A stretch of DNA of 64,000 nt from an uncultured Chroococcidiopsis sp. (GCA_964248365.1 CAXTYC010000006.1:32001-96000); one strand, 5' to 3'. Shown: positions 1 through 9,783, counted from the stretch's first letter. Numbers and translations: made by a program. Notes: generated from the sequence alone by a model not told the origin.

Positions 1-621
1 GGAAACGGTATGCATATTCATATGTCGATTGGCGAGGGTGAAAGTAATTTATTTGCTGATGATAGCGATGCGCGCGGGCTAGGGCTGTCTAAACTAGCTT
101 ACCACTTTTTAGGTGGACTTCTAGCACACGCTAGAGCCTTAACTGCTGTTTGTGCGCCTACAGTCAACTCTTACAAAAGACTAGTAGTTGGGCGATCGCT
201 CAGTGGCTCAACTTGGGCGCCTGCTTACATCAGCTATGGTGACAATAATCGCTCTAGTATGGTGCGCGTTCCAGGCGGTAGGCTAGAGTTGCGTCTAGCA
301 GACGGCTCCTGCAATCCTTACTTAGCAACCGCAGTAGCGATCGCAGCAGGCTTAGATGGCATCGAAAAAGAACTACACCCAGGCGAACCACATAACCTAA
401 ACTTATACGATCTCTCCCCTGCCCAACTCCAAGAAAAAGGAATTCATACTTTACCCCAAAGTTTAAACGAAGCGATCGATGCTTTAGACTCCGACGAAGT
501 AATTAAACAAGCCTTGGGCGTATTAGCAGATGAATTCATCAACCTCAAGCGAATGGAGTGGGTTGAATATATGCGTCACGTTTCCCAATGGGAAATACAA
601 CGCTATCTAGAGTTCTTCTAA
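1..621 (+). CDS. glnT: Glutamine synthetase-family protein (GlnT / probable gamma-glutamylmethylamide synthetase GmaS), 5' end outside window
   Basis: Frame is open from base 1. GS motifs [27 protein letters not shown] and [16 protein letters not shown] are present. It lies directly upstream of glxBCD-like genes. Confidence 0.85.
   Translation, partial: GNGMHIHMSIGEGESNLFADDSDARGLGLSKLAYHFLGGLLAHARALTAVCAPTVNSYKRLVVGRSLSGSTWAPAYISYGDNNRSSMVRVPGGRLELRLADGSCNPYLATAVAIAAGLDGIEKELHPGEPHNLNLYDLSPAQLQEKGIHTLPQSLNEAIDALDSDEVIKQALGVLADEFINLKRMEWVEYMRHVSQWEIQRYLEFF
192..199. other. HIP1 octamer GCGATCGC (first of many copies across the window)
   Basis: Dozens of copies, e.g. 192, 23780, 28824, 35233; a hallmark of cyanobacterial DNA. 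Confidence 0.95.
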
Positions 622-732
622 AGATAGCAATCTTGCCCATCCTTCGTCAGAACTCTCTTTATCTCTTAACTTTGCGCCCTCTGCGTCTTTGCGGTTCGTT
701 TTATAATCTTACTCCTCACCTAAAACTGCTAT

Positions 733-1629
733 ATGTGCGGCATCGTTGGACTACTCGTAAAAAAACCTGAACTGCGCGAATCTTTAGGCGAACTGATGGT
801 TCCGATGCTGATTGGCATGAGCGATCGCGGTTCTGATTCAGCCGGACTTGCCGTATTTACCCAAACATTAGCACAAGGCGATCGCAAGTACAGTCTCTAC
901 TCTGGAGCCAAGGACTTTAACTGGACAACATTAGCTGACGATTTTCAAACTCAATTCGGTATTAGCCTCAAAATAGAAACTCATGGGAATCATGCGATAT
1001 TAGTTTCTAACCTTGCCCCAGATGTGGTAAGGCAATGGCTGACAAAATATCGTCCACAGTTACATATACTGTCAATCGGTCGAACGATAGATCTTTACAA
1101 AGATACAGGCAAACCCGCCCACGTTGCCGCTCGCTATCACTTCAAGTCTCTCAAAGGTTCCCATCTAGTCGGACATACCCGCATGGCAACCGAATCGGCA
1201 GTTACACCCGCCCACGCTCATCCTTTTACCGCTGGGGAAGACTTCTGTCTAGTCCATAACGGATCGCTGTCGAACCCAAATGAAATTCGCCGCAAACTCG
1301 AACCGCGTGGAATTCGCTTTGAAACTGATAACGACACTGAAGCTGCTTGCCGTTTCCTAGAATGGCGGATGCGCGAGGGGGATGACTTGGAAACTGCTCT
1401 CAAACAAGGGTTTGAAGAATTGGATGGTTTCTACACCTTCCTCATGGGTACTGCCGACAAACTGGCACTGGTGCGAGATGCCTTTGCTTGTAAACCTGCC
1501 ATTGTAGCAGAAACAGATGATTATGTAGCGATCGCTTCTGAATTTCGTTCTCTAGCTCACTTGCCAAACGTAAACAATGCCCATATCTACGAACCTGCAC
1601 CAGAGGAGTTGTACGTATGGAAGGTTTAA
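733..1629 (+). CDS. glxB: Class II (Ntn) glutamine amidotransferase-like subunit, GlxB / N-methylglutamate synthase subunit A
   Basis: N-terminal MCGIVG nucleophile; motifs GHTRMATES, AHPF, HNGSLSN and ETDNDTE; operon context. Confidence 0.85.
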   Translation: MCGIVGLLVKKPELRESLGELMVPMLIGMSDRGSDSAGLAVFTQTLAQGDRKYSLYSGAKDFNWTTLADDFQTQFGISLKIETHGNHAILVSNLAPDVVRQWLTKYRPQLHILSIGRTIDLYKDTGKPAHVAARYHFKSLKGSHLVGHTRMATESAVTPAHAHPFTAGEDFCLVHNGSLSNPNEIRRKLEPRGIRFETDNDTEAACRFLEWRMREGDDLETALKQGFEELDGFYTFLMGTADKLALVRDAFACKPAIVAETDDYVAIASEFRSLAHLPNVNNAHIYEPAPEELYVWKV

Positions 1630-2306
1630 CGTTCGATCTTAGGCAAACGCCCTTGCGCGAAATCAACCACTTTTTGCATCACGATGCTATTCACAACATT
1701 GGGCAAAAGGTGAAAATCCTTAATCCCGACGGCGCACATAACATTGCCGTTGGGCTAGATGCTCCGATTGAGGTAGAGATTGTCGGTCATGCAGGCTACT
1801 ATGCCGCTAGCATGAACAAGTTAGCCAACGTCACTATATTGGGTAATGCAGGTACAGGCGTTGCTGAGAATATGATGTCAGGGCGCGTGCAAGTCAAAGG
1901 CTTTGCTTCAGTTTCCGCCGGAGCGTCTGCTCATGGTGGGTTACTAGTTATTGATGGCAATGCCAGCTTGCGATGTGGTATTTCTCTTAAAGGCGCTGAT
2001 ATTGTAGTTGGTGGTAGTGTCGGCAGTTTCTGTGCATTCATGGCACAAGCCGGACGAATATTAGTGTGTGGAAATGCTGGGGATGCTCTAGGTGACTCGC
2101 TCTACGAGGCAGTAATTTATGTGCGTGGCAACATTAAATCTCTTGGTGCAGATGCCCAACTTGAAACCATGTCTGAGGCGGATTACGAGGCAGTTGGAGA
2201 GTTATTAGCCAAGGCGGGTGAGTCCTATAATCCCAAAGAGTTTAAGCGCGTTGCTTCTGCAAAGCAGCTTTATCACTGGAACGCGGATGCGAATCAGGAG
2301 TATTAG
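1617..2306 (+). CDS. glxC: GXGXG beta-helix subunit, GlxC / N-methylglutamate synthase subunit B
   Basis: Repeated G-x-x-G-x-x-x-G/A motifs (GHAGYYAASMN, GNAGTGVAENMMSG, GNAGDALGDSLY); overlaps the upstream gene. Confidence 0.85.
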   Translation: MEGLTFDLRQTPLREINHFLHHDAIHNIGQKVKILNPDGAHNIAVGLDAPIEVEIVGHAGYYAASMNKLANVTILGNAGTGVAENMMSGRVQVKGFASVSAGASAHGGLLVIDGNASLRCGISLKGADIVVGGSVGSFCAFMAQAGRILVCGNAGDALGDSLYEAVIYVRGNIKSLGADAQLETMSEADYEAVGELLAKAGESYNPKEFKRVASAKQLYHWNADANQEY

Positions 2307-2308
2307 AT

Positions 2309-3661
2309 ATGGATAATTCTCAATTTAACTCTTCCTCCCGCCAGGAGTCCTGGGGATACGATCGCCGTACAATCGACTACATCCAGAGCGCTGCTGCACA
2401 TGGACTATACGAAATTCGCGGACTGGGAGCCAAGCGCAGGCTACCCCACTTTGATGATCTGGTGTTTCTCGGTGCGTCCCTATCGCGCTATCCTCTAGAA
2501 GGATATCGAGAGAAATGCACCACGAAAACAATTCTCGGTACTCGCTACGCCAAAAAGCCGATTGAGCTAGAAATTCCGATTACGATCGCCGGAATGAGCT
2601 TCGGATCGCTCTCTGCTAATGTTAAAGAAGCGATTGGTCGGGCGGCGACGCAAATGGGAAGCTCGACAACTACGGGCGATGGCGGAATGACACAGGAAGA
2701 ACGGCTTTCCTCCAAAACCTTGATTTATCAATGCTTGCCTTCTCGCTACGGATTCAACCCAGACGACCTAAGAAAAGCAGATGCAATTGAAATTGTCATC
2801 GGTCAAGGAGCAAAACCTGGTGGTGGTGGAATGCTTTTAGGGCAAAAGATCAACCCACGAGTTGCCCAAATGCGGACATTGCCGGAAGGAATCGATCAAC
2901 GCTCTGCGTGTCGTCATCCTGACTGGACAGGACCTGATGACCTAACGATCAAAATTCAACAATTGCGAGAGATTACCGACTGGGAAAAACCTATTTATGT
3001 CAAAGTGGGCGCTTCACGTCCGTTTAACGATGTGAAACTTGCTGTTCATGCTGGAGCAGATGTAATTGTTGTAGACGGAATGCAAGGAGGAACAGCCGCC
3101 ACCCAAACTGTATTTATCGAACACGTAGGCATTCCCACCTTGGCAGCCGTGCGCCAGTCGGTAGAAGCGCTGGAAGACTTGGATATGAAAGGTAAGGTGC
3201 AGCTGATTGTTTCAGGTGGAATTCGCACGGGGGCTGATGTTGCTAAAGCTCTGGCAATGGGTGCGGATGCAGTAGCTCTTGGTCAGGGTATTCTCATTGC
3301 CTTGGGCTGCAACAGTGAAACCTACATTCAAAATGACACTCACTATTCGGCTTTAGAAGACTATGCTGCACTTGGTACCGCACCTGGCTACTGTCACCAC
3401 TGCCATACAGGTAAATGTCCCGTTGGAGTAACGACACAGGATGAAATTTTAGAACTTCGTCTTGAACCCGAAGTCGGAGCGCGGCGAGTCAAAAATTACC
3501 TCAAAACTCTAAATATGGAATTGACTACAGTTGCTCGTGCTTGTGGTAAGCAGAATGTCCACCACCTCGAACGCGAAGACCTGGTTGCACTTACGGTCGA
3601 GGCAGCAGCAATGGCACGTCTGCCACTGGCGGGAACCGATTGGATTCCAGGTTGGCATTAA
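2309..3661 (+). CDS. glxD: FMN-binding glutamate synthase-like subunit, GlxD / N-methylglutamate synthase subunit C
   Basis: Motifs AGMSFGSLS, TTGDGG, GQGAKPGGGG, DGMQGGT and SGGIRTGADVAKALAMGAD; Fe-S motif CHHCHTGKCPVGVTTQD. Confidence 0.88.
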   Translation: MDNSQFNSSSRQESWGYDRRTIDYIQSAAAHGLYEIRGLGAKRRLPHFDDLVFLGASLSRYPLEGYREKCTTKTILGTRYAKKPIELEIPITIAGMSFGSLSANVKEAIGRAATQMGSSTTTGDGGMTQEERLSSKTLIYQCLPSRYGFNPDDLRKADAIEIVIGQGAKPGGGGMLLGQKINPRVAQMRTLPEGIDQRSACRHPDWTGPDDLTIKIQQLREITDWEKPIYVKVGASRPFNDVKLAVHAGADVIVVDGMQGGTAATQTVFIEHVGIPTLAAVRQSVEALEDLDMKGKVQLIVSGGIRTGADVAKALAMGADAVALGQGILIALGCNSETYIQNDTHYSALEDYAALGTAPGYCHHCHTGKCPVGVTTQDEILELRLEPEVGARRVKNYLKTLNMELTTVARACGKQNVHHLEREDLVALTVEAAAMARLPLAGTDWIPGWH

Positions 3662-3722
3662 CCAATTATCAATTAACAATTATCAATTATCAATTACCAC
3701 TTGTTCATTGTTCATTGTTCAT

Positions 3723-3847
3723 TAGACTTCTTGCATGAATCGATTTATATCAATTTTGAGGTAGGGGCGGGTTATGTGAAAATCTTTAATTTCAACAAAT
3801 ATCCTCTCAAAATCCGCCCCTACAAAAATATTCGTGCAAGAGGTCTA
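3723..3847. mobile_element. MITE-like element with 18-bp imperfect terminal inverted repeats enclosing a GTAG-type REP-like palindrome
   Basis: Ends are TAGACTTCTTGCATGAAT (3723-3740) and ATTCGTGCAAGAGGTCTA (3830-3847), 2 mismatches. Internal palindrome is GTAGGGGCGGGTT...AATCCGCCCCTAC (3761-3823). Confidence 0.6.
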
Positions 3848-3857
3848 TTGATAGCTG

Positions 3858-4421
3858 ATGGTGGAAAAAACCGAAAAACAGAAGATGCTAGCAGGTGAGC
3901 TGTATTTTGCTCTCGATCCCGAACTGGCTGCGGATAACAAACGTGCGTCTCGTCTTTTGAGAATGTACAATGCCACGACTGAGTTAGAACCAGAATTGCG
4001 CTTTCAAATCCTCAAAGAATTATTTGGTAAAGTCGGATCTAAAGTGCAAATAGTACCTACTTTTCACTGCGACTATGGCAGCAATATCTATGCTGGCAAC
4101 GGGTTCTACATGAACTATGGTTGTGTGATCCTAGATTGTAATCCCGTCCAGATTGGGGAAAATGTCTTATGCGGTCCTTACGTTCAGATTTACACCGCCT
4201 ATCACCCTACCGAACCCGAAATTCGTCTTTCAGGTCGAGAACTCGCTGCGCCTATTACCATTGGTAATAATGTCTGGATTGGAGGCGGCGCGATTATTTG
4301 TCCTGGCGTTACGATTGGCGATAACACCACCATTGGCGCTGGTAGTGTGGTTGTGAAAGATATACCTGCCAACGTAGTAGCTGCGGGTAATCCCTGCCGG
4401 ATCATTCGACATTTATCTTAA
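3858..4421 (+). CDS. Sugar O-acetyltransferase (maltose/galactoside acetyltransferase, hexapeptide repeat family)
   Basis: EKQKMLAGELY N-terminus, FHCDYGSNI, hexapeptide repeats and AGSVVVKDIPANVVAAGNPCRII. Confidence 0.9.
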   Translation: MVEKTEKQKMLAGELYFALDPELAADNKRASRLLRMYNATTELEPELRFQILKELFGKVGSKVQIVPTFHCDYGSNIYAGNGFYMNYGCVILDCNPVQIGENVLCGPYVQIYTAYHPTEPEIRLSGRELAAPITIGNNVWIGGGAIICPGVTIGDNTTIGAGSVVVKDIPANVVAAGNPCRIIRHLS

Positions 4422-4422
4422 G

Positions 4423-4597
4423 AGGGGCTAGAGGCTAGGGGCTAGGGGTGAGGAGTCAGAAGTCAGTAGTCAGTAGTCAGGAGTTGTGAACTCAGGAGTT
4501 AGGAGAATTACAAACTAGCAATTCTTCCCCAGCCTCCCTTTGCTCCCCCATCTCCCCATCTCCCCATCTCCTCATCTCCTCATCTCCCCAGCTGCCC
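4423..4597. repeat. Intergenic short tandem repeats: G-rich block (GGGGCTA, AGTCAGT) followed by C-rich block (CCCCATCT)
   Basis: Directly visible 7-8 nt tandem units. Confidence 0.85.
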
Positions 4598-4628
4598 TTA
4601 CGATGAATATTTAACACAAAACGAGATT

Positions 4629-5192
4629 ATGCCTTCTGGTCGGACACACGATCGCATTACTTTGTGGGGTTTGCCCTTTATCACTGGTCTTACCTTCGGA
4701 TCAACTGGCAGTGGTAATATAACCTTGATTGTGGCAGGGGCATATTTATTTAGTGGGCTGATGTTTGGTCCAGACTTGGATCTTTACTCTATACAATACA
4801 AGCGCTGGGGTTACTTACGCTGGATCTGGATACCCTACCAAAAAGCTTTACGGCATCGTTCACTGTTGTCACATGGGCTGATTATCGGTACAACAGTGCG
4901 GATACTATATCTAGCAATTTGGTTAAGCGTACTGGGGATTTTCTGCTTAGGCATAGCTCAGCTAGTGTGGGATGTAGGCTGGAATTGGCAATTTTTGATG
5001 CAGACGGCTAGGAATACACTAACTCAACACACTAGCCAATGGATTGCACTTTATCTAGGGCTAGAATTGGGAGCCATCAGTCATATTATCAGTGATTGGA
5101 GTACTTCCGCCTACAAACGCTTTCATAGTCGTGGCAAAATGAAGAAACGTAAATTAACTATGCGTAAAAATCGTCAAAAGGCTAATCGTTAA
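4629..5192 (+). CDS. Membrane protein, DUF2227 putative metal-binding family
   Basis: Motifs MPSGRTHDRIT, FGPDLD, HRSLLSHG and SHIISD; hydrophobic helices. Confidence 0.8.
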   Translation: MPSGRTHDRITLWGLPFITGLTFGSTGSGNITLIVAGAYLFSGLMFGPDLDLYSIQYKRWGYLRWIWIPYQKALRHRSLLSHGLIIGTTVRILYLAIWLSVLGIFCLGIAQLVWDVGWNWQFLMQTARNTLTQHTSQWIALYLGLELGAISHIISDWSTSAYKRFHSRGKMKKRKLTMRKNRQKANR

Positions 5193-5313
5193 CGCAGTAG
5201 GGAGTAGGGGAAGCAAAAGGGAGCAAAAGGGAGCAAAAGGGAGAATCATTAATTACCTTTACCCTTTACCCCTTTCCCTAACTACCAACTACCAACTACT
5301 AACTAAAAACAGG

Positions 5314-6138
5314 ATGACTAACACGCAACAATCAAACGCTATAGCAGCATTGCAAAATTTGATCGATGTGGTAGCTTCGTTGCGATCGCCTGATGGTGGT
5401 TGTCCTTGGGATTTGGTTCAAACTCCCTCATCTTTGATTCCCTATGTGATTGAAGAAGCTTATGAGGTAGTAGATGCAATTCGCAGTGGAGATAAGCAGG
5501 CGATCGCTGAAGAATTAGGAGATTTACTCCTACAAGTTGTGCTACAATCGCAAATTGCTTCAGAAGAGGGTAGTTTCAGCTTAGCAGAAGTTGCCCAAGG
5601 AATCACTCAAAAGCTGATTCGCCGTCATCCTCATGTATTTGGTGATGTGAACGTCCAAAGCATTGATGAAGTGCGCCAAAACTGGGAAGAAATCAAAGCA
5701 GCAGAGAAAGGCGAATCTTTGGCTGCTAGTCAAACCTTGAGTAGTAAACTGGGTCGCTATGCTCGTACACTCCCGCCGTTAATGGCTGGTATGAAAATTT
5801 CCCAAAAAGCAGCAGCAGCAGGCTTTGAATGGGAGAATGTTGACGGTGTTTGGGCGAAATTTCAAGAAGAGTTAGCAGAATTTCAGCAGGCGATCGCTCA
5901 CGAATCCCCAGCACAACAACAAGCTGAATTGGGAGATTTGCTGTTTGTCATAATTAATCTTGCCCGTTGGTATAAACTAGACCCTGACGCAGCACTACAA
6001 GGAACTAATCAAAGATTTATCGGGCGACTATCACAAGTTGAAACTCTGGCAGGTCGTCCACTTTCAGATTATACTTTGGAAGAATTGGAAACCCTCTGGC
6101 AGCAAGCTAAAGCCCAACTTGCTAAAGACAATCATTAG
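5314..6138 (+). CDS. mazG: Nucleoside triphosphate pyrophosphohydrolase MazG
   Basis: Motifs LRSPDGGCPWD, IEEAYEV, EELGDLLLQV and RRHPHVF; second MazG domain ELGDLLF. Confidence 0.95.
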   Translation: MTNTQQSNAIAALQNLIDVVASLRSPDGGCPWDLVQTPSSLIPYVIEEAYEVVDAIRSGDKQAIAEELGDLLLQVVLQSQIASEEGSFSLAEVAQGITQKLIRRHPHVFGDVNVQSIDEVRQNWEEIKAAEKGESLAASQTLSSKLGRYARTLPPLMAGMKISQKAAAAGFEWENVDGVWAKFQEELAEFQQAIAHESPAQQQAELGDLLFVIINLARWYKLDPDAALQGTNQRFIGRLSQVETLAGRPLSDYTLEELETLWQQAKAQLAKDNH

Positions 6139-6168
6139 ATCTCTTGCGAAAGTCTACATTAACCCACT

Positions 6169-6222
6169 AGTCTGCCACCCATGCCCACCAAATATATTGA
6201 TTGTGGGCATGGGTGGCAGACT
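6169..6222. repeat. Dispersed palindromic repeat (20-bp perfect inverted repeat)
   Basis: AGTCTGCCACCCATGCCCAC (6169-6188) and GTGGGCATGGGTGGCAGACT (6203-6222); related copies at 26812-26831 and 60027-60070. Confidence 0.85.
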
Positions 6223-6331
6223 TTTGCTGATAAAATAATAAGTATAAAAGATAACTATGTGGTAAAAACAAAGAAGATCTACTAACAGCTAATAGCTAAT
6301 TTCAGGCAAAATTTTTCGCCGCTAGCGATTC

Positions 6332-6952
6332 TCATTGAGAATCGCTAGCGGTTGTTTCCTCATCCTCTGACCACGTTCCACTTTTGATTTGATTAATCAA
6401 CCGATAAACTTCTTCTAAAACTATTTTTTGAGCAGTATCATCGTCAGACTCGTCAAATGTATTACTAGCCGATACATTTAACTGCCGATTTTTAATTAAA
6501 CGGCTTACTTTCTGAAGCAATTCATCAACTTTAGACCGCAGCTGCTGTATCTTTTGGAGAGACTGAGTTACATCAGACTGCGCCTGCTCTATTGTTTCCA
6601 AACGCTGATCTAAATCAGATTGCACCAGCCCTGTCATCTGAAATGACCGATCTAAATCAGAGTATAACTGCTCTGGTGTTCCGAAAGCAAAATTATCTAA
6701 TTTGTGCGATCGCTCCAAACATTTGTTTGAAACAGACCTCAAATTTTGCGCTCGTTCCTGCAAAAGGTTGGAAACAGACCTCAAATTTTGCGCTCGTTCC
6801 TGCAAAAGGTTGGAAACAGACCTCAAATTTTGCGCTCGCTGCAGACATTTCTGTAAATTATTCTGCATCCACTGACCTTTTTGGATACATTCAATAGAAT
6901 CATACTGCAACTGCTCAATTGAGCGTTTGAGTTGGCATTGCTGGCTATACAA
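6332..6952 (-). CDS. Hypothetical coiled-coil protein built from 14-aa modules
   Basis: 206-aa ORF with a TTG start preceded by GGAGG; Q/L/S-rich heptads; RAQNLRSVSN occurs three times. Confidence 0.55.
   Translation of the reverse strand: MYSQQCQLKRSIEQLQYDSIECIQKGQWMQNNLQKCLQRAQNLRSVSNLLQERAQNLRSVSNLLQERAQNLRSVSNKCLERSHKLDNFAFGTPEQLYSDLDRSFQMTGLVQSDLDQRLETIEQAQSDVTQSLQKIQQLRSKVDELLQKVSRLIKNRQLNVSASNTFDESDDDTAQKIVLEEVYRLINQIKSGTWSEDEETTASDSQ
6729..6838. repeat. Perfect 42-bp tandem repeat, 2.6 copies, in frame
   Basis: GAAACAGACCTCAAATTTTGCGCTCGTTCCTGCAAAAGGTTG starts at 6729 and 6771; a partial copy runs 6813-6838. Confidence 0.95.
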
Positions 6953-7373
6953 TCACGAATCCTCCCTTTGGATATGATTTAAGTATGTATAATATTTAAA
7001 GTATTAGGTAAAAATTTTAACATATTGTTTTTGATTCACTAACGCTAATAGTAGCGATCGCCACTCTAATTGAATATTGCAAATTAACCCTGTCCCGCGC
7101 TCAGCATCAATAGGATTAAAATTCAATTCTAAGGAATAATTTGGCAATTTTGCTAAAATTTGGTTTCCATGTCTTTGGCGCTTTCTCAAAAGTCATAATT
7201 GCTTACTCTATTGCTTGTTTTCCCCTGATTGCAATAGGGAACACATCAGCACATTTAAAAGTAGGGTTTAGTAACGCACCTAAGTGATACGTCTTGCGCC
7301 TTATGTCCTAAATAGTACTTCCGTGCTAGGGTCGGCAAAGAAGCGATCGCCTTATTTTTCTTTCATCAACTAT

Positions 7374-8357
7374 ATGTCTATTCTCCTAGCTGAGGATCTA
7401 ACTAAAGTCTATCCTGTAGCCGTCAAAGAACCTGGTCTTAAAGGTACATTAGTCCACTTTTTTCGTCGTACCTACCGTTCAATCGAAGCTGTTAAGCAAG
7501 TCTCCTTTCAAATTGAACCTGGGGAAGTAGTTGGCTTTTTAGGCGCAAATGGAGCAGGAAAGACTACCACATTAAAAATGCTCACAGGTTTAATCCATCC
7601 CTCAGGGGGACGGGTTAGAGTAGCTGGACATATACCATTTCAGCGCAAACCTGCCTTTTTACAACAGATTACCCTAGTCATGGGGCAAAAGCAGCAGCTG
7701 ATCTGGGACTTACCAGCACTAGATTCCTTAAAAATCAACGCCGCTATCTATGGACTGTCTAACCAAGAGTACCGACAACGGGTAGGCGAACTGACAGAGA
7801 TGCTTGCGCTGCAAGACAAGTTGAACCAGCCTGTGCGTAAACTTTCCTTGGGTGAACGGATGAAAGCTGAACTACTAGCAGCACTTTTACATCAACCCAA
7901 AGTACTGTTTTTAGATGAACCAACACTGGGACTAGATGTGAACGCCCAAGTAGGAGTCAGGGAATTCTTGCGCGAGTACAACAAAAGATATGGCGCAACA
8001 ATTCTATTAACTAGCCACTACATGGCAGATATTACCGCTTTGTGTCAGCGCGTAATGGTAATTCACCAAGGGCAATTAGTCTATGATGGCAGTTTAGATC
8101 GGTTAGTTGATAACTTTGCTCCCTATCGTGAAGTGCAAGTAGAACTTGCTCATCCTGTAGCTGAAAGTAAGTTATTACCCTACGGTGAAATAAAAACCGT
8201 TGAAGGTCAATTAGTGCGTTTCTGTATCAAGCGAGAAGCACTTACCCGTACAGTGGCGAAGATACTAGCAGAGTTAGATGTACTAGATTTAACTGTAACT
8301 GATCCACCAGTTGAAGAAATAATTGGGCGGGTATTTATGGCGGGGGCTGTTGTATGA
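7374..8357 (+). CDS. ABC-2 type exporter ATP-binding protein (viologen-exporter-like)
   Basis: Walker A GANGAGKTT, signature LSLGERMK, Walker B LFLDEPT and TSH switch. Start moved to ATG 7374. Confidence 0.92.
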   Translation: MSILLAEDLTKVYPVAVKEPGLKGTLVHFFRRTYRSIEAVKQVSFQIEPGEVVGFLGANGAGKTTTLKMLTGLIHPSGGRVRVAGHIPFQRKPAFLQQITLVMGQKQQLIWDLPALDSLKINAAIYGLSNQEYRQRVGELTEMLALQDKLNQPVRKLSLGERMKAELLAALLHQPKVLFLDEPTLGLDVNAQVGVREFLREYNKRYGATILLTSHYMADITALCQRVMVIHQGQLVYDGSLDRLVDNFAPYREVQVELAHPVAESKLLPYGEIKTVEGQLVRFCIKREALTRTVAKILAELDVLDLTVTDPPVEEIIGRVFMAGAVV

Positions 8358-9142
8358 ATTCAACATTCAGAAAAGCTAGAGTTTTATTGGTAACATACTA
8401 TGCCTATATGCTGGAATATCGGGCTGAGCTATTTTTGTGGGCTTTGTCCGGTAGCTTACCACTAATATTAATGGGAGTATGGACACAAGCAGCCCAAAGC
8501 GGACACTTTGGATTAGCGCCTGTAGATTTTGCTCGTTACTTTCTCTGTGTTTTCGTAATTAGGCAATTTACAGTCGTTTGGGTAATTTGGGAATTTGAAA
8601 AAGAAGTTGTGGAAGGGCGACTTTCTCCTCGGCTGCTACAACCAATCGATCCAGTTTGGCATCATGTCGCCTCTCATTTATCAGAAAGATTAGCGCGTTT
8701 GCCGTTTGCAGTCGTGTTGGTGGCGCTATTTTTCACACTTTATCCTCAAGCTTTCTGGATACCAAGCCTGGGGAATGTTTTACTATTTATAGTATCAGTT
8801 CTGCTTGCTTTTGTTCTACGATTTCTCATCCAATATACTTTTGCTTTATTTGCTTTTTGGACTGAAAGAGCTAATGCAATTGAAAACTTTTGGTTTTTAT
8901 TTTTCCTGTTTTTTTCAGGTATGATTGCGCCGCTAGAAATGTTTCCTCCTACTTTGCGCCAAGTTGTTCTTTGGACTCCTTTTCCTTATTTAATTCATTT
9001 TCCAGCTTCGGTTTTAATTGGACTACCAGTTAATCTAGTGCAAGGGTTTTTGGTAACGGTAGGTTGGTGTGTGGTGTTTTTCGTTTTCAACCGTTGGCTA
9101 TGGCGGCGGGGGTTAAAGCAGTATTCGGGGATGGGGGCGTAG
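8354..9142 (+). CDS. ABC-2 type exporter permease
   Basis: About 6 TM segments, EYRAE motif, FSGMIAPLEMFP; ATGA overlap with the ATPase gene. Confidence 0.88.
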   Translation: MNSTFRKARVLLVTYYAYMLEYRAELFLWALSGSLPLILMGVWTQAAQSGHFGLAPVDFARYFLCVFVIRQFTVVWVIWEFEKEVVEGRLSPRLLQPIDPVWHHVASHLSERLARLPFAVVLVALFFTLYPQAFWIPSLGNVLLFIVSVLLAFVLRFLIQYTFALFAFWTERANAIENFWFLFFLFFSGMIAPLEMFPPTLRQVVLWTPFPYLIHFPASVLIGLPVNLVQGFLVTVGWCVVFFVFNRWLWRRGLKQYSGMGA

Positions 9143-9275
9143 GGATTTTGGATTAATGTCGCGCAAAGACGCAAAGGCGCTAAGAAAAGGTAAGGTAAGT
9201 GCGTTTTGGTATTAGGAACGCGAAGATGATTTTAAATTTTGGATTGGGGATAATGTTAAGTTGAAAGTTTGCCTA

Positions 9276-9476
9276 TCAATTCATTTTGTCAAAAAGTTTT
9301 CGCCCCAACTCTAATGCCTCTTGCCGTTCCTCATTTGTTAGGTAATCATCACCATGTCGCCCACTAGGGCATCGGCGAGGATCGCCTCATGCTTCTAAAT
9401 AACGCTGTCGTCCTATAAGCAAGATTTCATGTAGTCTTGCATATTGCTATTTTTCTAGTTCAGTCGGTTGTTTCAT
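9276..9476 (-). pseudogene. Decayed tandem paralog of the small protein at 9529-9783, with two in-frame stops
   Basis: Reverse translation MKQPTELEK*QYARLHEILLIGRQRYLEA*GDPRRCPSGRHGDDYLTNEERQEALELGRKLFDKMN aligns to MKEQTDLQKQQDVRLAQIMALGRQRYLEAGGDPGRCPSGRNGDDYLTDEERQEA. Confidence 0.85.
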
Positions 9477-9528
9477 AATTGTGATATCCATTCACGCGGA
9501 ACAATATCACCGTTTGGCTTCAAAGACG

Positions 9529-9783
9529 CTAGGGGTGTTCTGGTAACTTCCAAGCTCGCCCTTGACAGTGAACAAAACCATCCTTGACAAAGATACCAGC
9601 AAGTTTTCGCATCAACAAAAAGGCTTCTTGTCGTTCTTCATCTGTTAAGTAATCATCACCATTTCTACCACTAGGACAACGCCCAGGATCACCACCTGCT
9701 TCTAAATAACGCTGTCGTCCTAGTGCCATGATTTGGGCTAGTCTTACATCTTGCTGTTTTTGTAAATCCGTCTGTTCTTTCAT
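9529..9783 (-). CDS. Small hypothetical protein (84 aa), downstream partner of a coupled pair
   Basis: The ATG at 9783 overlaps the TGA of the upstream gene (ATGA). Amino-acid-level conservation with the adjacent decayed copy supports coding. Confidence 0.7.
   Translation of the reverse strand: MKEQTDLQKQQDVRLAQIMALGRQRYLEAGGDPGRCPSGRNGDDYLTDEERQEAFLLMRKLAGIFVKDGFVHCQGRAWKLPEHP

Noticed and set aside
6038..6238. Small ORFs sharing a CHPCPP...GMGG-type peptide (also 59898-60086 and 60025-60216)
   Set aside because: The similarity comes from translating the same dispersed DNA palindrome, not from a peptide family.
6729..6838. 42-bp repeat as a CRISPR or attachment-site array
   Set aside because: The copies are contiguous with no spacers and lie in frame inside an ORF.
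5314..6952. mazG plus orphan gene as an anti-phage module
   Set aside because: MazG is the ordinary two-domain housekeeping type in a typical context, and the orphan gene is convergent rather than operonic.
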